This document shows positions 61,370 through 64,000 of a stretch of DNA of 64,000 nt, piece by piece (the first letter of the stretch is position 1; every line of letters starts with the position of its first letter). A program made the position numbers and the translations under genes. The stretch is taken from positions 5,504,001 through 5,568,000 of the forward strand of contig OZ242320.1 of the NCBI GenBank assembly GCA_965208125.1, given 5' to 3'. A model generated the notes under the pieces. It saw nothing but the letters and a program-made list of their open reading frames with translations, was not told where the DNA came from and searched no databases. This stretch comes from Candidatus Latescibacterota bacterium. Lineage in GTDB: Bacteria; Latescibacterota; UBA2968.

Positions 61370-62662
61370 CTAAAGATCCCGCTCCAAAAGTGCCGCCCAG
61401 GTGAGCAACTCCTCGTCGCAGTGAAACGGGGCGATAAACTGAATACCCAGCGGCATCCCCGAATCGGACGCGCGCCCCGCGGGCAAAGCGATCACCGGCA
61501 TACCCGTGTGGGTCCACGGCAAGTTCATACAGGGATCACCCGTACTCGCCAGTCCTTTCAAAGCCGCGCCCGTCGCTGCCGGACAGGCAAGGAGATCAAC
61601 GCCCTCTGCCTTCATCAAAGACTCCACCTCTTCTCGCAACTGTGTGCGTCCCATTCGCCCCACATCGATCTCAGATTGCGAAAGCGCGCGACCCTCCTCG
61701 ACCAGCGCGCGCGTACCCGCATCATAAGTCGAGGCGTATTTATCGAACCACGGCGCGTGAACCTCTGCCATCTCCCCCTTCATCATATTCCGGTGCCGGT
61801 CATTGATATCGTCAATATCGTCGAGCATCCGCACTTCCACGACATTGTACCCTGCCGTTCTAAGAGCCTGTACCTGCGCGTCGAAATCCGCTCGCGCCTG
61901 TGGTTCTGTCTGATCCAAATAGGGACCCACAGGTATTCCCAACGCAGGTTTCTCCGACCACGTAACAGAATCGCGCCAGCCACCACACAGAACCTCAGCC
62001 GCCATCTCCATACCCGCAACATCCTGCGTAAACATCCCAATCGTATCGACCGAAGGAGAGCAATGAACGAATCCTGAAATATCAATACGCGCATAACTCG
62101 GCTTAAAGCCGACAATTCCGCAAAACGCGGCAGGACGGATAACCGAACCAATAGTCTGCGAGCCGAGCGCGAGAGGGCAATACCCGGCCGCCACCGCCGC
62201 AGCCGAACCACTACTCGACCCACCGGGAGTAAAACCCAGATTCCGCGGATTGCGCGTTAGCCCCGGCTTAAAACACGCGAACTCCGTCGTAACCGCCTTG
62301 CCGAGCACCAGCGCACCCGCCTCCCGCAACGCCTTTAAGCACCCGCCTTCGGGACCCGTGAGAACCTCTGGCGGCACACCAGAACCCGCCCGCGTCTCAA
62401 ATCCCTCAACATGAAAAATATCTTTGACCCCAACCAGAACGCCGAACAGCGGCGGAATCTCACCACCACTCACAAGCTCAGCCACATCACCCAACAGACG
62501 TTGCTGGCGATTCGTCTCTGACAACATCGCCCGGATATCCCCATCCCATTCATCGATGCGTTTGCAGCAGTCCGCAACGTACTCCTGCAAATCCCGTTGC
62601 CCAGAACGCAACTCAGCGACAGTTTGAGCCAGCGGATGCGCCGCTATTTTTTTACTCTTCAT
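61370..62662 (-). CDS. Amidase signature family protein
   Basis: GVKD, TPGGSSSGSAAAV, GSQTIGSVIRPA; ATG at 62662. Confidence 0.92.
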   Translation of the reverse strand: MKSKKIAAHPLAQTVAELRSGQRDLQEYVADCCKRIDEWDGDIRAMLSETNRQQRLLGDVAELVSGGEIPPLFGVLVGVKDIFHVEGFETRAGSGVPPEVLTGPEGGCLKALREAGALVLGKAVTTEFACFKPGLTRNPRNLGFTPGGSSSGSAAAVAAGYCPLALGSQTIGSVIRPAAFCGIVGFKPSYARIDISGFVHCSPSVDTIGMFTQDVAGMEMAAEVLCGGWRDSVTWSEKPALGIPVGPYLDQTEPQARADFDAQVQALRTAGYNVVEVRMLDDIDDINDRHRNMMKGEMAEVHAPWFDKYASTYDAGTRALVEEGRALSQSEIDVGRMGRTQLREEVESLMKAEGVDLLACPAATGAALKGLASTGDPCMNLPWTHTGMPVIALPAGRASDSGMPLGIQFIAPFHCDEELLTWAALLERDL

Positions 62663-62681
62663 TTGTATAACCCCTAAAAAC

Positions 62682-64000
62682 TTACCAACCATTAATCTTA
62701 TGGCCCTGACCGGGAAACCAGATAAAATCCACAATAGCACCGCAGGCAATCGCCGCCAAAAAACCGACCACGAACCCCATAAAAAGCGGCGTATTGCGCC
62801 GGTAACTCTCAAGACCGCCAAAGCGCAAAATCAACGTCTTGCACAACCACACAATAAAAATCGACGAAATACCACTGCGCAAAACATCGGATGCCGAAAT
62901 CGCAAAACCAATGGGATGCAGTGCAATCCCCGGAAAACGGTAGCGAAGCGCGTACAGCCCCAGCGTAAAAATCGCGCCAAACCCCAGCCAACCCAGACGC
63001 ATCCAGTCCGTCTCTAACGCATGACTTCGAATGCGGTTGGCAGTCAAAAGCCACACCCCAATCCCCCCATCGCCCGAGCCATTAAAACTCACACTGCCAA
63101 AATTATAACTCCCCACCGTGTAATTGCCCTGATAAATGATAAACACAAAAACCGCCAGCGCGCCAGCGATAAACGCCATGCCCACAGCAGGCGGCACAAA
63201 CCTTCGATGGCGGAGACTCATTGCCTGTCCAAGACGCGGAATATGCGCCAGCGTTGTCACGCCAATCGTCTTCGCATCGGCAAAAAATGTGTAAGCCAGA
63301 CCCAGCGCCATCGCATGCATCGGCCCAATACCCGTTATCCCCAGAACATGCCAGGTAAAAGCCTGTGCAGTAATCGGCGTTCTCAAATAAATCAGCCCCG
63401 TCTCCACAATAATGCGCGCCAGCCCGAGGTAAAGCACCAGAGTCGCACTCCAAAAAGCCAGCGCAGCCCACCCCGAAAGACCGAGTTCCCAGAAAAACAA
63501 CACACTGAACAGAACACAACCCAGAAAGACAAACACTGCCGTGCGATACGAAAAAAGCTCACCCGAATCATCCACATCGCCCCCGCGCGCATTAAACGCC
63601 TTCCGAAAAACTGCAGACAAATGATCCCGCGCAACCCACAGTCCCCATACCACAAATGCCAGCAAGCCACCAAAACTCTGCCATCCCACGGCCGGATGAT
63701 AAGAACACCACGGATCGGGCGATCCCATCTCAAATCCCAAACGATTCATCAGCCCCACTTGCAACACCATCACCAGATGAAAAAACCAGATGCTAAACAG
63801 CACATTGGACTCTGTAAAATAGCCAAACGCAATCGTCAGGGGATTCGTCTTAAACCGCAGATATGGAAATCCCTCACTGATAAAAATTTGCCTATCAATA
63901 TTGGCCTGAAGCGGCGGAATCAACTCGGTAAACCAGGAAACGATATCCCAGGCAAACACAAAAAAAGCCACAATAAATCCGATCTTAAAACGCGGATTGC
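62682..64000 (-). CDS. DUF6785/DUF6784-like membrane protein, 5'-truncated by the window edge
   Basis: Paralog of 23377-25329: DDSGELFSYR, RIIVETG, LHPIG, IWFPGQGH. Confidence 0.7.
   Translation of the reverse strand, partial: NPRFKIGFIVAFFVFAWDIVSWFTELIPPLQANIDRQIFISEGFPYLRFKTNPLTIAFGYFTESNVLFSIWFFHLVMVLQVGLMNRLGFEMGSPDPWCSYHPAVGWQSFGGLLAFVVWGLWVARDHLSAVFRKAFNARGGDVDDSGELFSYRTAVFVFLGCVLFSVLFFWELGLSGWAALAFWSATLVLYLGLARIIVETGLIYLRTPITAQAFTWHVLGITGIGPMHAMALGLAYTFFADAKTIGVTTLAHIPRLGQAMSLRHRRFVPPAVGMAFIAGALAVFVFIIYQGNYTVGSYNFGSVSFNGSGDGGIGVWLLTANRIRSHALETDWMRLGWLGFGAIFTLGLYALRYRFPGIALHPIGFAISASDVLRSGISSIFIVWLCKTLILRFGGLESYRRNTPLFMGFVVGFLAAIACGAIVDFIWFPGQGHKINGW

Noticed and set aside
60680-62077. 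465-aa plus-strand ORF
   Set aside because: Antisense to the well-supported ADH and amidase genes; low-information composition.

Overview
This is bacterial DNA, probably from an FCB-group lineage outside Bacteroidota (inferred from C25/T9SS-like CTD proteins, a PorV/PorQ-like barrel, TonB-dependent receptors, DUF6785-like membrane proteins and Gfo/Idh/MocA and PhyH enzymes). Bases 1-37,000 and 60,270-64,000 hold ordinary metabolic and envelope genes, a tRNA-Thr(CGT) and an MNT-HEPN toxin-antitoxin pair. Bases ~37,100-60,260 are a minus-strand defence island built on a type I restriction-modification (RM) system (hsdM ... hsdS ... hsdR-M48) that is split by cargo genes. The standout cargo is a tightly coupled operon at 53,962-50,129: SLATT/DUF4231 4TM effector, TGT-like, OGG-like glycosylase, QueC-like, ThsB-like TIR. 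This is the accessory and effector set of type IV CBASS, but with no CD-NTase. A TIR protein starting MGGSGSG sits where the cyclase would be, so it is a candidate target for QueC-dependent N-terminal modification. The island also carries two more TIR proteins, an Eco57I-like N6-methyltransferase plus a PD-(D/E)xK protein, a DUF4062-HATPase-HTH protein, 12-bp tandem repeats, and duplicated RM gene ends that flank cargo. All family calls come from motif recognition by eye; no database search was run.
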